Positions 1 to 12,608 of a DNA stretch of 64,000 bases are shown here, one piece after another. Origin of the DNA: Asterias rubens (taxonomy: Eukaryota); assembly GCF_902459465.1 (NCBI RefSeq), contig NW_022985740.1, forward strand, positions 1 to 64,000, read 5' to 3'. Positions within the stretch are counted from its first letter, which is position 1. Every line of letters starts with the position of its first letter. A model generated the notes under the pieces. It ran no database searches, was not told the DNA's origin, and saw only the letters and a list, made by a program, of their open reading frames with translations. The position numbers and the translations under genes were made by a program.

Positions 1-411
1 TGGTACTTTTTATTATGAGGGTCATTGTGTTTTTTACATTGAATGAGAAAATGTCAACGCCCTAAAGTGTGGTTGCCTATACAGCCAAGGTCAATGCTAC
101 TGTACAACTCTACACTAGTCTGGTCCCTGACCAAAGATTCCTTGACATCTCTTGTTAAATTCGACAGAGCCTAGTCAGAGATTTTCGGGTCTGGGAACCA
201 GACTAACTCTACAATGGGGAAATACACAGCACAGTTTAATAACAACCAGGGCTGATACATGGTGCTACATGTCCAAGACTCCTTCTTCCTATGTACATGT
301 ATGGATGTTTTTTGTGTGTGCAATAAACCAACTCGAAGTCGACAACAATGAACTCATGATAATTCATCTGGAGATCTGTATTAACTGACCCATTTAAAAA
401 GGTTATACCAG

Positions 412-776
412 GTGAGTAGGGAAATTGCAAGTTTTTGTTTAAATCGTTGTTAATGTTTAAAATTTGTATTTCAGTATAAGAAGAGTGTGTGTTTTCTATG
501 TTTTAATTTCTTAATAGACTGCTAAGGTGTTGAGTAAGTAATAACTTTAATTTTAAACAAAAAACAGTGAGAATATATTCAGAATTTGTACTGGTTTTTT
601 TTAAACAGAAGTTATATAGCGATGCTTGTTTTAGTGTTTCCTTATTTTGAAGGCAAGCAGACTTTGAATGTTTTCTTTGAAAAAACAAGTGATACAATGT
701 AGGTAGAAAACATCTCAAAAGTGTGGTTTAATTTAGCAAAACTGAATGTATTACTATTTTTTTCTTTGTTTCTAAG
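412..776 (+). other. Predicted 5'UTR intron of the MYND-DUF4470 gene (equivalent intron upstream of all 8 copies)
   Basis: CAG|GTGAGT donor at 411/412 and pyrimidine tract + TAAG| acceptor at 776, 8 nt before the ATG. GTGAGT donors also follow 16152, 24299, 32432, 39018, 47196, 53239 and 61333, each with an AG acceptor 8 nt before its ATG. Confidence 0.65.
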
Positions 777-784
777 CAATAAAC

Positions 785-3365
785 ATGGACGTTCAGCGTG
801 GACATTGCTGACGTTGTAAGGTTCAACTGGAACAGACCATTCACTGTCCTGATTGCAAGATGGCGGAGTATTGTAGCTCAATATGTGAAGAAGGAGACAG
901 AGCTAGACATATGAGTAGAGAGTGCCCATTATTTGGAACAAGATCATGCAAGAAATGCAAAAAGAAGGGTACAATGAAAGATGTATGTCTGCTTTAATTT
1001 CCATCATTATCCCCTAATCATTTACAAAAAAGGCAATTTACATATAATGCTCTGTTGATTTTGTTGCAAAAGAGAGGAATCATTCTCTAAATGTATTGTA
1101 AAACGAAACTTGGCAAATTGTTTTACTATGTTTCTTACTTAAAGGCAGTGGACACTATTAGTAATTACTCAAAATAATTATTATCATAAAACCTCACTTG
1201 GTAATGAGTAATGGGGAGAGATATTGATAGTATAAAACATTGTGAGAAAGGGCTCCCTCTGAAGTGACAAAGTTTTCGAGAAAGACGTAATTTTCCATAA
1301 ATTTGATTTCGAGACCTCAAGTTTAGAATTTGAGGTCTCGAAATCAAGCATCTGAAAGCACACAACTTCGTCTGACAAGGGTTTTTTGTTTTTTCATAGT
1401 TACCTCGCAACTTTGACGACCAATTGAGCTTGAATGTTCACAGGTGTGTTATTTTATGTTAATGTTGAGATACACAAAGTGAGAAGACTGGTCTTTGACA
1501 ATTACCAATAGTGTCCACTGTTTTTAAGAAATGTTGTTGTCTCTTGCATGCATGTCATGTAAAAGCTAGAAGAGACTATAATCAGAGTTCTAGAGGTACA
1601 CTTGCACAAAAACTAGGAGGAGGATTCATAACGAAGAGATTTAAAATTACACATGGAAAAGTAACAAATTCTCCAACAGAGAGTTGATATATTTTATTCT
1701 GCTATAATGTCTTTTCAGTGTTCAGGTTGCAACCATGCATGGTACTGTAACAGTGAGTGTCAAACAAGTGATTGGGCCAATCATGAGGAGGAATGCAAGG
1801 AGAAAAAGGCAAGAACAAAAAGAGCAGCAGAAGATTTAATAGAAGAATACATTGGTATGCGTACTGACAGACTTGATGATTTCCCTTATTATTTTGGAAA
1901 CTGCATCGCCAAAGACTTCCTTCAACTTGATAACAATGAATGGTCTGATGGGTCAATATAGAAAACTGACTTGAACAGAGATTTTCATATTTTGTCAGCT
2001 GGTTGCGGAGACTTACGCAACACTGTTTTGACTATTGCTTCCCTTCCTGCCAAGTACCAGGGAAGTCTTTACATCACTCTCAATGACTTTGACCCTTTTG
2101 TCATGGCAAGGAATGTCTTATTTCTCTTTATGTTGGTTCGGTTTGCAGACACTGAGGGAATTGAGAGCAGTCTGACTACCATCTGGTACTCAGTTCACAT
2201 TGCTAAGAAAGAGTATGACTTGATCAAGACCAGCTTAGATGAGCTCATTCAGATGACCCCTCAAAGTCTCACAGAGGACTCTCAGATGACCCCTCAAAGT
2301 CTCACAGAGGTCACTCAAGGGTTGGTCAAAGTTAAAGATAAAGATCTTTCAGTTATGAGTCAAGTTTGGAACAAATGGAGATCACTAGAATGCCAACGAG
2401 GGGAACCATCCTCAATCAATCTCAGACAACAAAGACAAACTGTACTTGATGAATCAAAAAAAAAAATTGAACAAGAGCAGGGTAAGGGCAATCATTTAGA
2501 GTCATCCAGTGTTGAAAAGCAAATTGAAGAATGGTTTGACCATGGGATGTTCCTCCCCAAAGAAGAAAAACAAGAACTAATGTCATTTGATAATCCGACA
2601 CTAACAGGGCGTGAAGTTGATCACGATATCACTAAAAACCTGAGCCCAAAGGATCATGCCTTTGTGTACTGTGTCCAAGCAGTTTTACATCCCTTCAGAG
2701 TGTGGGATTGCTTGAGAGTGAGGAAGTTTGATACCAAACCCTACCCAACCCCTATGGAAATGTACCACAATTATATCACAAATCTCCTAAAGAAGGTAAA
2801 AAGTTTCATCCAGAATCGAAGACTTTTTATTCAAGTGTCACTGGCCAATTGTATGGACTTTCCTTCAGTACATAATGCTCTGAAGATGCCAAACTATGAT
2901 CGCATCTTCACATCCAATATTGCCGACTATGTTGGGCTTGCCAAGCTCCTGCAAGACTTCAAACCACTTCTTAATTCTAGTAATCACTACTCAGTACTTA
3001 TTACTGAGACAATGATCTGGGCACAATTTCTATTTAAATCATACTGCCTGCACACAGGCATGAATTATGATGACCTTAAGAAAAATTTGGGACTCCATAA
3101 CTGGATGGACTACTTAGATAATGCCCCTTACTTTGTTGGCTATCTGCGTGCACAAATCATGGCAGGGGGTCTTGGGATACTACCATTGACTAATGTGCCA
3201 TCATTTGAAGACGTGATGAAGTACAATGGTCTAGAAATGCGTGACTTTCGTAAGAAGCAGAATCGTCTTGTTCCATTTCAGTATCGAGTGAATAATCGTG
3301 ATTTGACCCTGATCAATGTAAATGACAGAGCAGTGGAGTGGTGTCTGCCACACACTGATGGCTAA
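785..3365 (+). pseudogene. Copy 1 (type A): double-MYND Zn finger + DUF4470-like gene, pseudogene
   Basis: Exons 785-982 (GAT|GT) and 1719-3365 (CAG|TGT), phase 0. TGG>TGA at 809-811 (W9*) and AAG>TAG at 1959-1961 relative to paralogs. In-frame 33-nt duplication near 2249-2310. Confidence 0.9.
1143..1523. mobile_element. MITE family A (Kolobok/piggyBac-like, TTAA target) in copy 1 intron
   Basis: TIR AGGCAGTGGACACTATT(A/G)GTAATT, TTAA on both sides, internal hairpin GATTTCGAGACCTCAA...TTGAGGTCTCGAAATC. Confidence 0.85.
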
Positions 3366-3485
3366 GTTCAAAGAAGTTTGACATTTAACTTAGATCGATA
3401 TCTAATCTAATCTAATCAGGTGCATGGACAATGTAGATCTAACTTGACTGACATAACTGTCAAGGAATATTTAATGAGGATTTAA

Positions 3486-3834
3486 AGCCATTGGACCCTT
3501 TCTGTACAGAAAAAAAAAATTCACAGATTTACAAATAACTTACAGGGTTTACAGAAGGTAGTGGTGAAAGACTTCTTTTGAAATATTATACCATGAAATG
3601 CTTTACTTTTTGAGAAACAGTCAAACAATATCAATTCTCGTATGGATTTATTTTAAACACATGTCATGACACAGCGAAACGTGCGGATACAAGGGTGGGT
3701 TTTCCCGTTATTTTCTCCCGACTCCAATGACCGATTGAGCCTAAATTTTCACAGGATTGTTATTTGATATAGAAGTTGTGATACACAAAGTGTGGGCCTT
3801 GGACAATACTGTTTACCGAAAGTGTCCAATGGCT
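3486..3834. mobile_element. MITE family B (TTAA target)
   Basis: TIR AGCCATTGGAC(C/A)CTTTC, TTAA flanks. Homologous empty site at ~8630 (AGGATTGAAGTGGTAAATG). Confidence 0.85.
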
Positions 3835-4170
3835 TTAAGTGGTAAATGTGGATTGAAGTAGTTTTTAGCTTTAAATATAGATATAGAGCTTGTAAGTGCT
3901 TAGCACACAAATCAAATTGTGTTTCCATCCAAAAGCCTCAAAAGTATGCATGGCACCTGGGTCATTCAGTCACATGCAAGTTAAAATTTCAGCCAGCTAA
4001 TTGTTTGATTGTTTTGGGGGTTTTACTAAGAAGCATTTGTGTGTTTGATTGTTTTTCAGTTGATTGCTCAACTGTTTTGGGGGTTTTCAAAGCATTTTAT
4101 TGTTTTATACAAAATGTTTAAAGGCAAAGTATACTTTTAAAAAGTATACTTTGCTATTAAATATTTTGTA

Positions 4171-4276
4171 ACAATAACATCAAAGTCTTATATAGCGCAC
4201 GTACCAACCAAACAAGGTACTCAAGGCGCTGAGTATATACAAACTTTCAGAAAGATAGGTTATTGCAGTGATGAAT
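4171..4276 (-). mobile_element. Short L2/CR1-like or SINE 3' tail (also near 36200-36310 and 56970-57080)
   Basis: Minus strand reads CAGCGCCTTGAGTACC...GGTACGTGCGCTATATAAGA with a TGTTAT tail. Absent from the homologous flank at ~13650. Confidence 0.4.
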
Positions 4277-6119
4277 AGCAATATCAAATCGTTCCTGTAC
4301 ATTAGTTGAAAGAACTTGATTCATTACTGTTAGCTTAAGTTACAAACACTGCTTGTATGTAAGTAAATACATGTATTAACGCTTTATTTGGAATAAACAA
4401 AGAATTTTGTAAGAATGTGTAAAAAAGAATGCATCATGTACAATCAAAATAAAAGCTGATCAAAGAATTAATACATTGCAGCTGTTAAAATTTTGTGACA
4501 ATTGTGCCATTCCATCTTGTTCACCAAAAGTGTATATGCATATATATTAAAACAATATTCATAAATACCAAGGATCCATTCTGTATGGTCGAGAGGAGAT
4601 CACATGGGCATGTTTAAATGTGTGAAATAAACATTGTGAGAAGTGTTTCAACATAATGCGTGGCATGCAAGAATTTACAGGTGCTTATACTTTGCTTCAT
4701 GCCATCAATACAGACTGGTACTCTGTACTTGGTAAGCATCGAGTATCACATTTAATTTGACCAATTTCAAAGTGGTGTCCAAGGATGCGACAGAAAATGA
4801 AATTGTACAGTTTTTCTTTTTTGGGGGGGGTGGGGGGGGATTTTCTATCATTACCACACTTTTTAATAAAAAGAACAATTATGAATGGAAATAAAAAAAG
4901 TGGTGCCACAGTACTTACTAGCCGTTTAAGAACCTGCAGGCTCATGGCTAGGGATAAAGGAACTTGCCTTCAACTTGGTCCGTTATGAAATGGCTATGAC
5001 CCTGTTGTTTTAAATGGTTTGAACCCCACTCTTTTATTACCATATTAAACAAAAATAAGATCAAATGGGAACTGTTTTGCAACCCTAGGTGGCAGCAGAC
5101 TTACCAGGTGAATCCATTGTTCTAGACAAATATATAAGCATGCTCAGAACTACATAAACAATGGAAGTTTACCCAGTAAATCCGCTGCCCTCTACCATCT
5201 CAAATTAACATTCAGCCTATCACAGAATTCTTTTTCAATTATACTAAAATTCTAAATGGCTATTGAGGATGGCTTCAAAACTGTAAAAATCATTTATTAA
5301 TTGCTGTGAACTACTTGTAAATGAATGTGCAGTACCCGGTAGGCCTTCTCCTAGTACTTTTCAAACACTACACAGAACAGTGAACTTGAAAGTGCTAACT
5401 TTACTGCTGGAAAAAAAAATTGACAACAAAATGAAGAATGTGTTTGGTAATGGACAGTTACCCTACTGTGGCCTACTTCGAAACCATAAGCCCTTTTGAG
5501 GTATGGCGGAAGTGATTTGGTTTGTGTGTAGCACGAGCGTCACCCGCGGCGACTGATGCCACGCTCACCATGTTGGTGGGCAATAGGTTTACGTTCTATT
5601 TCTATGGTCAATAGACCAATCTAGGCACGCACCGTTGAGCACCAGTTCAACTTTTGTTGTTGTTGCTGGATTAAAAACATTGACAACAAAGTGAAAAATG
5701 TGTTTACTTCGAAACCATGGCTTGGCTTCAGCTATCACGTAGGATCACTCAGTTATTTTGAAAACATGCCATTTCAGTATGGAACTTCAAATAGGCAGGC
5801 AGAGCACTGCAGCCAGAGCCAAAGCCATATGTTTATATTATATTAAAAGCCATTGACTCCAAAAATGGTGCATCAAGATTATTGTGATGATGACATCAGT
5901 TGCCACCCTTGGCTAGAGGTAAAAAAGAAGGCTGCTCCTGAAGTGTTTGAGTTACATTTGCTGGAAGTGTTCATGCCAGCTTCTAACTTCTTGTGTTTAA
6001 CTTGATTATTCATATCTTGTGTTGTATTTCCTGTAAGTGAATTTGCTTCAATTTTGATTTGTGAATCAAATTACTTTATTTTGTGGTTTTAAATACTGGA
6101 ATAAAAGGGTAGCAACAAG

Positions 6120-6233
6120 TTCTTAATCGGCCTTTTAAAACCAACTGGGTCGTGGCCATGCGATAAAGGCCCAAGCCGTGGGCCTTTATCACACGGCCAC
6201 AACCCTGCAAGGTTTTAAACGGCCGGTTAAGAA
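6120..6233. repeat. ~114-bp foldback/hairpin element
   Basis: Outer arms TTCTTAA(T/C)CGGCC(T/G)TTTAAAACC and inner arms GATAAAGGCCCA/TGGGCCTTTATC. Second copy at 58949-59062. Confidence 0.75.
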
Positions 6234-7324
6234 TGAGTCACTACTCTTTTATTCCCATTCATGAATCCATGTGCGAGTCCTGGTACTGACAGCCCTAACT
6301 TTGCAAGCTTTGCTTCTAAATTGTCACGGTGTATGTAAGAAGGACTGTTTAATGGTTTGTTTTGATTCTCAATGAAGAGTTTTTCACTAATTGATCTTTG
6401 AACTACTGTGTAGTGTGTTTTAGTTCAGATCAGTTTTGGGTTTGCTTTAAGTTTGTTTTATAAGAATCATCTATTTGAATAAAAGTCTTTGAACAGTAGG
6501 AAATCAAAACAGACAATAATTTTGTGTGCATCTGTAGTGTCGTTTAAGTTTACCCTCTATTGATCTCTGTGTGAAACCACACCAAATATCCAGAGGTTGG
6601 ATTATACAACATTATTATTATTATTTCACTTAACCACAGCATGCAAAAGAAAGATCAAAACTTCTTTTGTGCCTTTACCTCCTAGAGTCAGGCAATTTCA
6701 AAATGCGGGACACTTACATGATGAGATCATGTTTTAAACAAACGCCTTGCGTGCAGGAGCTAACTTACATGTATGCACAAAGCAGTCAATACATAGGCTG
6801 GTTGTCAAATTGAAAATCTGTTAGTATGCATGCGCGCGCATGCACAGCCGTAGTTGTAGCATGCAGTAGACCCTTCGCAAAACAGAGCCAGAAGAAGCGA
6901 CAGAAAATGAAATTGACAGGAAAGTTTTGAAGATTTTTTCATCATTATTACGCTTTTTAACATAAAGGGTTTTATGAATGGGGAAAAGAGTAGTAATTCT
7001 GTATAACCGGACGTTTAAAACTTTGCAGGGTCATCCCTACAAGAGAGGAACTCACTGTTCAAATGGAAACCTTTTCGCAACACTAGGTGGCAGCAGACTT
7101 ATTAGGTAATTCCATTATTCTAGACAGAGTGTGCACATGCTCAGAGCTACAGAAACAACGGAATACTACCTGGTATGACTGCTGCCAGGTACCATCCCAA
7201 AGTTACATTGAGCCTAGCAGAGAAATTATTCTAAATTATATTTCAAACTGTCTAAATCACTGCCTCAATAAATTCAAATGTATTTTCCTGAAGTGGATTT
7301 CTTAAAAAAGAAAGAACAAACTAT

Positions 7325-7610
7325 TTGAGCGTTCAGGTTTTTCGAGGACATTGCTGGCTTTGTAAGGTTTATGTTGAACAGACCATTCATCATCCTGATT
7401 GCGGAGATGTGCAATTCAGTGTCTTAACTGCAACATGTCTTTCATTAATTTGCGTACAGTTTAAAACCAAAGGTCATTACCAGATAAAATTGATCCTTTG
7501 CATATGGGCAATTCCATGCATTTCAGTATCGAGTGAATGCTCGTGATTTGACCCTGATCAGTGCAACTGACAGAGCAGTGGAGTGGTCTCTGCCACACAC
7601 TGATGGCTAA
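7325..7610 (+). pseudogene. Fused relic: degenerate exon-1 start (7325-7411) and the last 92 nt of exon 2 (7519-7610)
   Basis: Translates as VQVFRGHCWLCKVYVEQTIHHPDC and FQYRVNARDLTLISATDRAVEWSLPHTDG*. Followed by a type-A-like 3' flank. Confidence 0.85.
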
Positions 7611-7649
7611 GTTCAATGAAGTGTGAGATTTAAGATCAATATAGCCTAA

Positions 7650-8542
7650 AGTCACCTGGAAGTGGTATTTTGTCAAAATATAGCTTTTGTCACTAAAATA
7701 TGTGTTTTGATGAGTGGAATATGAATAAACAATTAACTAAGGTACTTAAAAATTAGTTTCCATTTTATTTACCAATTTAAAAGCAGGCCAGACCCGAGAG
7801 GGCGTCAATCGAGGCGCGATATTTGAAGAGAAATGTGTAGTCTGGCCCCGTACACTACGTCTGGATACCTGATCGTATGATGCTTACATACAGAACTACG
7901 GTCACGGAGCAGACAGCACGCACTGTATGGCTGCTGTGCGGACGGTCCACTCGGATTACCCAGCACGGTGAATCGCATGCAGTGCCAACACAAGATAGTG
8001 ACGCTTGGCGCAAGCTAAAAACATGCCCTCAACGTTGAAACAATACCGAATTGTTTTCAAGTTTTCAGGCAAATGCTCCTTTAGGTTCGTCACGTCTTTC
8101 AGGTACCTTCTTCGACTTCCCACTAGCTGCAAAAAATTGTTGGGATGGCGTCATGTTTTAGAAAAGATCTTTTCTCTTCATGTCAAAATGGGTGGCATGA
8201 CAGCTTTGCAAACTGACCCCATCTTTAGTTGTTTTGCTGCATCCAGCAGCAATACACCTGGTCGACATTGCCGGCAAAATGCAAGAAAAAAAAACTTTTT
8301 TGAAACGTACAAACTCACGACTAAGACTTGCATGTACTTGCACCTACGTGTGTTCAATGTTCGATCGAGGCAAAGTCTGCCTGGATTGACGTCACAAAAG
8401 AGGTAGGCGTAGTCACCCCCAAACAACTTTAATTTTTTGTTTACATTTAAATCGTTAAAAACAATTACTAACAAAATTATTTTATTGTTCTTAAACAATA
8501 TACTCTAATTTTTGGAGAAACAAATTCTATTTCCAGGAGACT
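7650..8542 (-). mobile_element. Internally deleted Kolobok-like DNA transposon with a THAP-domain remnant
   Basis: TIRs AGTC(A/T)CCTGGAA, flanks CTAA/TTAA. Minus strand encodes MSTRCIAAGCSKTTKDGVSL (THAP N-terminus) and, after a frameshift, LKHDAIPTIF (THAP AVPTIF-like motif). Confidence 0.7.
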
Positions 8543-8858
8543 TTAATCTAATCAGGTCCATGTACAATGTAGATCTTACTTCTCACTGTAAAAGTTATAC
8601 TGCGCAAAACTGTTAATGAATATTTAATTAGGATTGAAGTGGTAAATGTGGATTGATGTAGTTTTTAGCTTTAATTATAAATACACGTATGGAGCTTGCA
8701 AATTCCTCACAAAGTGTTCCCACAAAAGAGCTGGCAAAACTGATGACCAAAAGTTAATATGTTCACATGTTTCAACAAGGGTAAGATAAATATATATACA
8801 GAGTGACCAGCTGAAGACAAACTAATTATAATGATTTCTACACAAACCCACTGCTTAA

Positions 8859-9212
8859 AGGCAGTGGACACTATTGGTAATTGTCAAAGACTAGCCTTCA
8901 CAGTTGGTGTATCTCAACATATGCATAAAATAATAAACCTGTGAAAGTTTGAGCTCAATCGGTCATCGAACTTGTGAGATAATAATGAAAGGAAAAACAC
9001 CCTTGTCACACGAAGTTGTGTGCGTTTAGATGGTTGATTTCGAGACCTCAAGTTCTAAATCTGAGGTCTCGAAATCAAATTCGTGAAAACTATGGCACTT
9101 CAGAGGGAGCCAATTCTCACAATGTTTTATACCATCAACCTCTCCCCTTTACTCATCACCAAGTAAGGTTTAATGCTAATAATTAATTAATTACCAATAG
9201 TGTCCACTGCCT
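8859..9212. mobile_element. MITE family A
   Basis: 25-bp TIR AGGCAGTGGACACTATTGGTAATT, TTAA at 8855-8858 and 9213-9216. Opposite orientation to the copy at 1143. Confidence 0.85.
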
Positions 9213-10246
9213 TTAAGGGAGTTTTCCCATATGTTCCTACAAGGGAGACATAAATGTATGGAAATACAGAGTGACAAGTTAATTATAGCACTTTCTATGT
9301 AAGCTCATTGTGTTAAGGGAGTTTTCGAGAAAAAAAACTACATGTACTTCCTTATTGCCACATATTCTCTTGTTCAAGTGGAAGGGATTAGTGTCCCTCT
9401 AAGACTGCTAGTCTCCAGCCGTGGCCTTTTCAGTGATTTTATGGGTCAAGTTGAAATAAGTTGAGATATATTGAGTTATACAAGGAGAAATTCCTTTGTC
9501 AGCAAAGAAATATTGAGGTACATCACCACAGGATCGGTGACCAATATCAAAGACAAAGAAAGTGATGAACAGACCAATAGTAATCATCAAATTCAAACTT
9601 AGTTGTATAAATATTCAGTGAACTTTTGAACTAACCAATCTCGTCTGGCATCAGTGACCAGCAAAAGTTAAGGCTTTAAAAGTCATGCACAGTATAGGCA
9701 TCAGGAGTCATTCCAAATTGATGAGCACAGTGGTAAACCTGTGAGATGGAAGATCGGGTTCACCATAGCCATAGCTTTGGGTGAGTTTTTGATCTTTGAT
9801 GTTATAAGTTGTAGTTTTAACAGTCAGTTATTTTGGAATTGATATTACCGTATTGGTTGTAGTATTTCTTGTGTTTATGTGAGTTTACTATAATACAAAA
9901 TGTATAACTCTTCCTCAAGAACTTTTGTTCCATCCAAATATCTAGAATATTGTGACTGTGATTATGTTAACCTTTTTTTACAATCAGGGAAAACAATGTA
10001 GGTTTCATTGATGTGGAACTGATTGTATTCATTGTCTCATGCTTCATTTATATTGAGAGTTACTCCATTTTATTATTATCTTAAATATCGGTCTGAGTTT
10101 GGTCATACTGATGAGTTGTAAGAGTAACATTTGCTGAAAGCTTCCGTCTTCTTGTTTCACATGTTTGTCTTGTATTTCTGCTAATTTAAAATGTTTTACA
10201 GTTGAAGTCTATTTTGGGAGAAGTGGTTTCGATTGAGAATTGTTAA

Positions 10247-10599
10247 AGGGTGTATGTAACTTTTGTAGGACAAAAAGCACAATGTCCACAGATTTACACT
10301 AAACTTACACAGTTTGAAGATAATGATAGTAGAAAGCTTCCCTGAAAATATTACGTGCTGAGGTGCTGTAGTTTTGGGGAAATGAGTAAAACAATGTCAT
10401 GGTAATAATTTTCGTCTCATGAGACGAAAATTATTTTAAGCATTACAAATGTATTTTCATGACATTTATTTACTAATTTCTCAAAAACTACAGCACCTCA
10501 GTAAGTAATATTTGAAGGGAAGCTTTCCACTATCATTATCTTCAAACCCTGTAAGTTTAATGTAAATCTATGGACATTTTGAAAAGGTACCCAAATCCT
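10247..10599. mobile_element. MITE family C (TTAA target)
   Basis: TTAA flanks; imperfect TIR AGGGTGTATGTAACTTTT / AGGATTTGGGTACCTTTT. Related fragment at ~52552. Confidence 0.65.
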
Positions 10600-11090
10600 T
10601 TAAATCAAATTGCTTAATTTTGTGGTTATAACGTTAATGTTGATTGTATCACACAGCACTATAGTTCAAAGAGTTGTAATCATTCGCATCACAATGTCTT
10701 TATTTTGGCCTCGTGCATGTATGTAGTATTGCATAAATCCATCTGTGAGTCCAGTCCTGGGTTTTGAGAACAAGGACAAAGCTCTAACAACTATCCAAGT
10801 TTGCTAATAAGACTGCTTTATGATTTGTTTTGATTCCTAATGAAGGTTGTTCACAAAGTGACCTTTGAACTACAGTGTTTATCTCAGTTTATGGTAATAA
10901 AGATGTGTATTCTAAACACTTGTTCTCTATTTACTCTCTATTAACAGGGGCCTGTTTTCCGCAGTTAGAGTCTGTTTTGAAAGACTCTGCTTTTCACACT
11001 AAGGTCGGCTTGAGTCTATTTTCTATTTTAGGTTGTTTTGAATATCGATTTCGTCTAGTTCAGATCTAATTCTAGATCTGTATCAGTTTA

Positions 11091-12106
11091 TGTCATCTCC
11101 CACCGGTGATGTGTGTTTACTGTTGCTACTTTTTTGAATGTTTCTCTTCTGTTTTTAGTTCATCCTTTTTTGCATATGTCACAAATCAGTGACCACAGCA
11201 AATTACCTGCTGGCATCTTAGGAATTTTGTTTAGGGTGTGGCAAGACTCTTTTTCAACACAGGTACCTTGCTGTCGGTATTTCTTATCTCTTCTCTTTCT
11301 GGTTCCGTTTGCCGTATTTTCCGCAGTCAACCCCAGCTAGTTTGTCATTGACAATTTCGTAAGTAGTATATTTCTACATTGTATAATATTTAATGTCACT
11401 TATTTCAATTGTATAAATGTATTGGTTATGGTAAAATTACTTCCTGTCTATTTCGATGATTTGGGCCATTAGAAGTTATTTTTCTGTACCACTGGCAAAG
11501 TTGTTTTATTCTTCAAAGTCTTATTTTGGACACAAAATGTTTGTTTCTTAAATTACGTTTATTATACTGTTTGTATTTCCAAACAGTTTTGTTCTATCCT
11601 ATCCCAGTTCTATTCTAAACTCCCGTAAACCTCTGTACATAACCGTTACGTCTCAAAGTGTGGATTGAAGTGATTTTCCCCGGTAACAATTTGTAAGTGT
11701 TAAATAAGTTTGGTCTATAATTGTATTAATTGTTCATCGTTTGTTATCGAATTGGTTCAAAGTAGATTTGATGAAGCCTTTAATAATTGCTTTCTTTAAT
11801 CAATCTGGAAACCCACAATTGCTCATTTTCTTTAATCTTTTTGGAGGGTATTGACTGTTTATTTTCTTATAATCTTTCCGGAAACCTTCAATTGCATTTT
11901 CTTTAATATTTCTGAAACCTCTGATTGCTTGTTTTCTCTCAATACCCTTCATGTATTTTTGATTTGATAATTGAGTAAATTAATTACCTATTTCATTATT
12001 TGTTATTTTAGTTCACCTGCTCCTCGCCGAGTTATAAAATAAACTACCAAGTCGATTTAAACAATTTGTCTACCGACTGTTCATTGTTTGCGTCAACACG
12101 ATGACA
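11091..12106 (+). mobile_element. Solo LTR (1016 bp), 5-bp TSD
   Basis: Starts TGTCAT and ends ATGACA. GTTTA is duplicated at 11086-11090 and 12107-12111. AATAAA near the 3' end. Flanks resemble the uninterrupted region at ~6420-6540. Strand is inferred from the AATAAA only. Confidence 0.7.
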
Positions 12107-12384
12107 GTTTAAGTCTATTTGGATGAAGTCTTTGAACAGTAGTCAGAACAACTATTTTGTGTGCATCTGTAGAGTTGTATTGAGATTACCCATTGAAACC
12201 CAGTGTGAAACCACACTAAACACCAATCATCTGAGAGGTTTGAATATTATACATAAATAACGCTTTATTTGAAAATATTTAAAGGAATCATTTTGTGATG
12301 TGTAAAAAGAATGCATCATGTATAATGAAAATAAAGATGGAAAAGCTGATCCATTGCAGCTAGTGGTTTTTGTGACAATTGTGC

Positions 12385-12608
12385 AATAGACCCTTCCCAT
12401 GAAATATGTAAATTGCACATAGCGTGTGCGCACTAACGTTTTGGTTGGCAAAATGAGGGAACATCGCGCTGTTTTGTACACGGCTAATGGGTGCGTGACG
12501 CAGACGCGATTGCGCGTCTGCTTAGTGCACAACTCTATGGTGTTTGCCAACCAACAGGGTCTGTACGCATGCGTGAATGTAATTAACATTTCAGGGGATG
12601 GGTCCATT
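12385..12608. mobile_element. ~220-bp MITE
   Basis: Imperfect TIR AAT(A/G)GACCC(T/A)TCCC(A/C)TGAAAT. Homologous flanks at 4500 and 13900 lack it (TTGTGCCATT(G/C)CATC). Confidence 0.6.

Noticed and set aside
152-388. 78-aa ORF repeated at 24040 and 32173
   Set aside because: TTG start, no recognisable motif, disrupted by deletion upstream of copy 6; similarity is explained by recent duplication.
809-811. In-frame TGA as possible selenocysteine or read-through
   Set aside because: It replaces a Trp (TGG) codon, and the same copy has a second stop (TAG at 1959).
7805-7993. Cys-rich ORF as possible KolX or transposase remnant
   Set aside because: No convincing motif match in any frame by eye; needs a profile search.
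9408-9786. Signal-peptide-like minus ORF (9408-9596) and an exon-like plus segment ending G|GTGAGT at 9780
   Set aside because: Short, no recognisable domain, an in-frame stop just upstream of the plus segment, and no supporting exons found.
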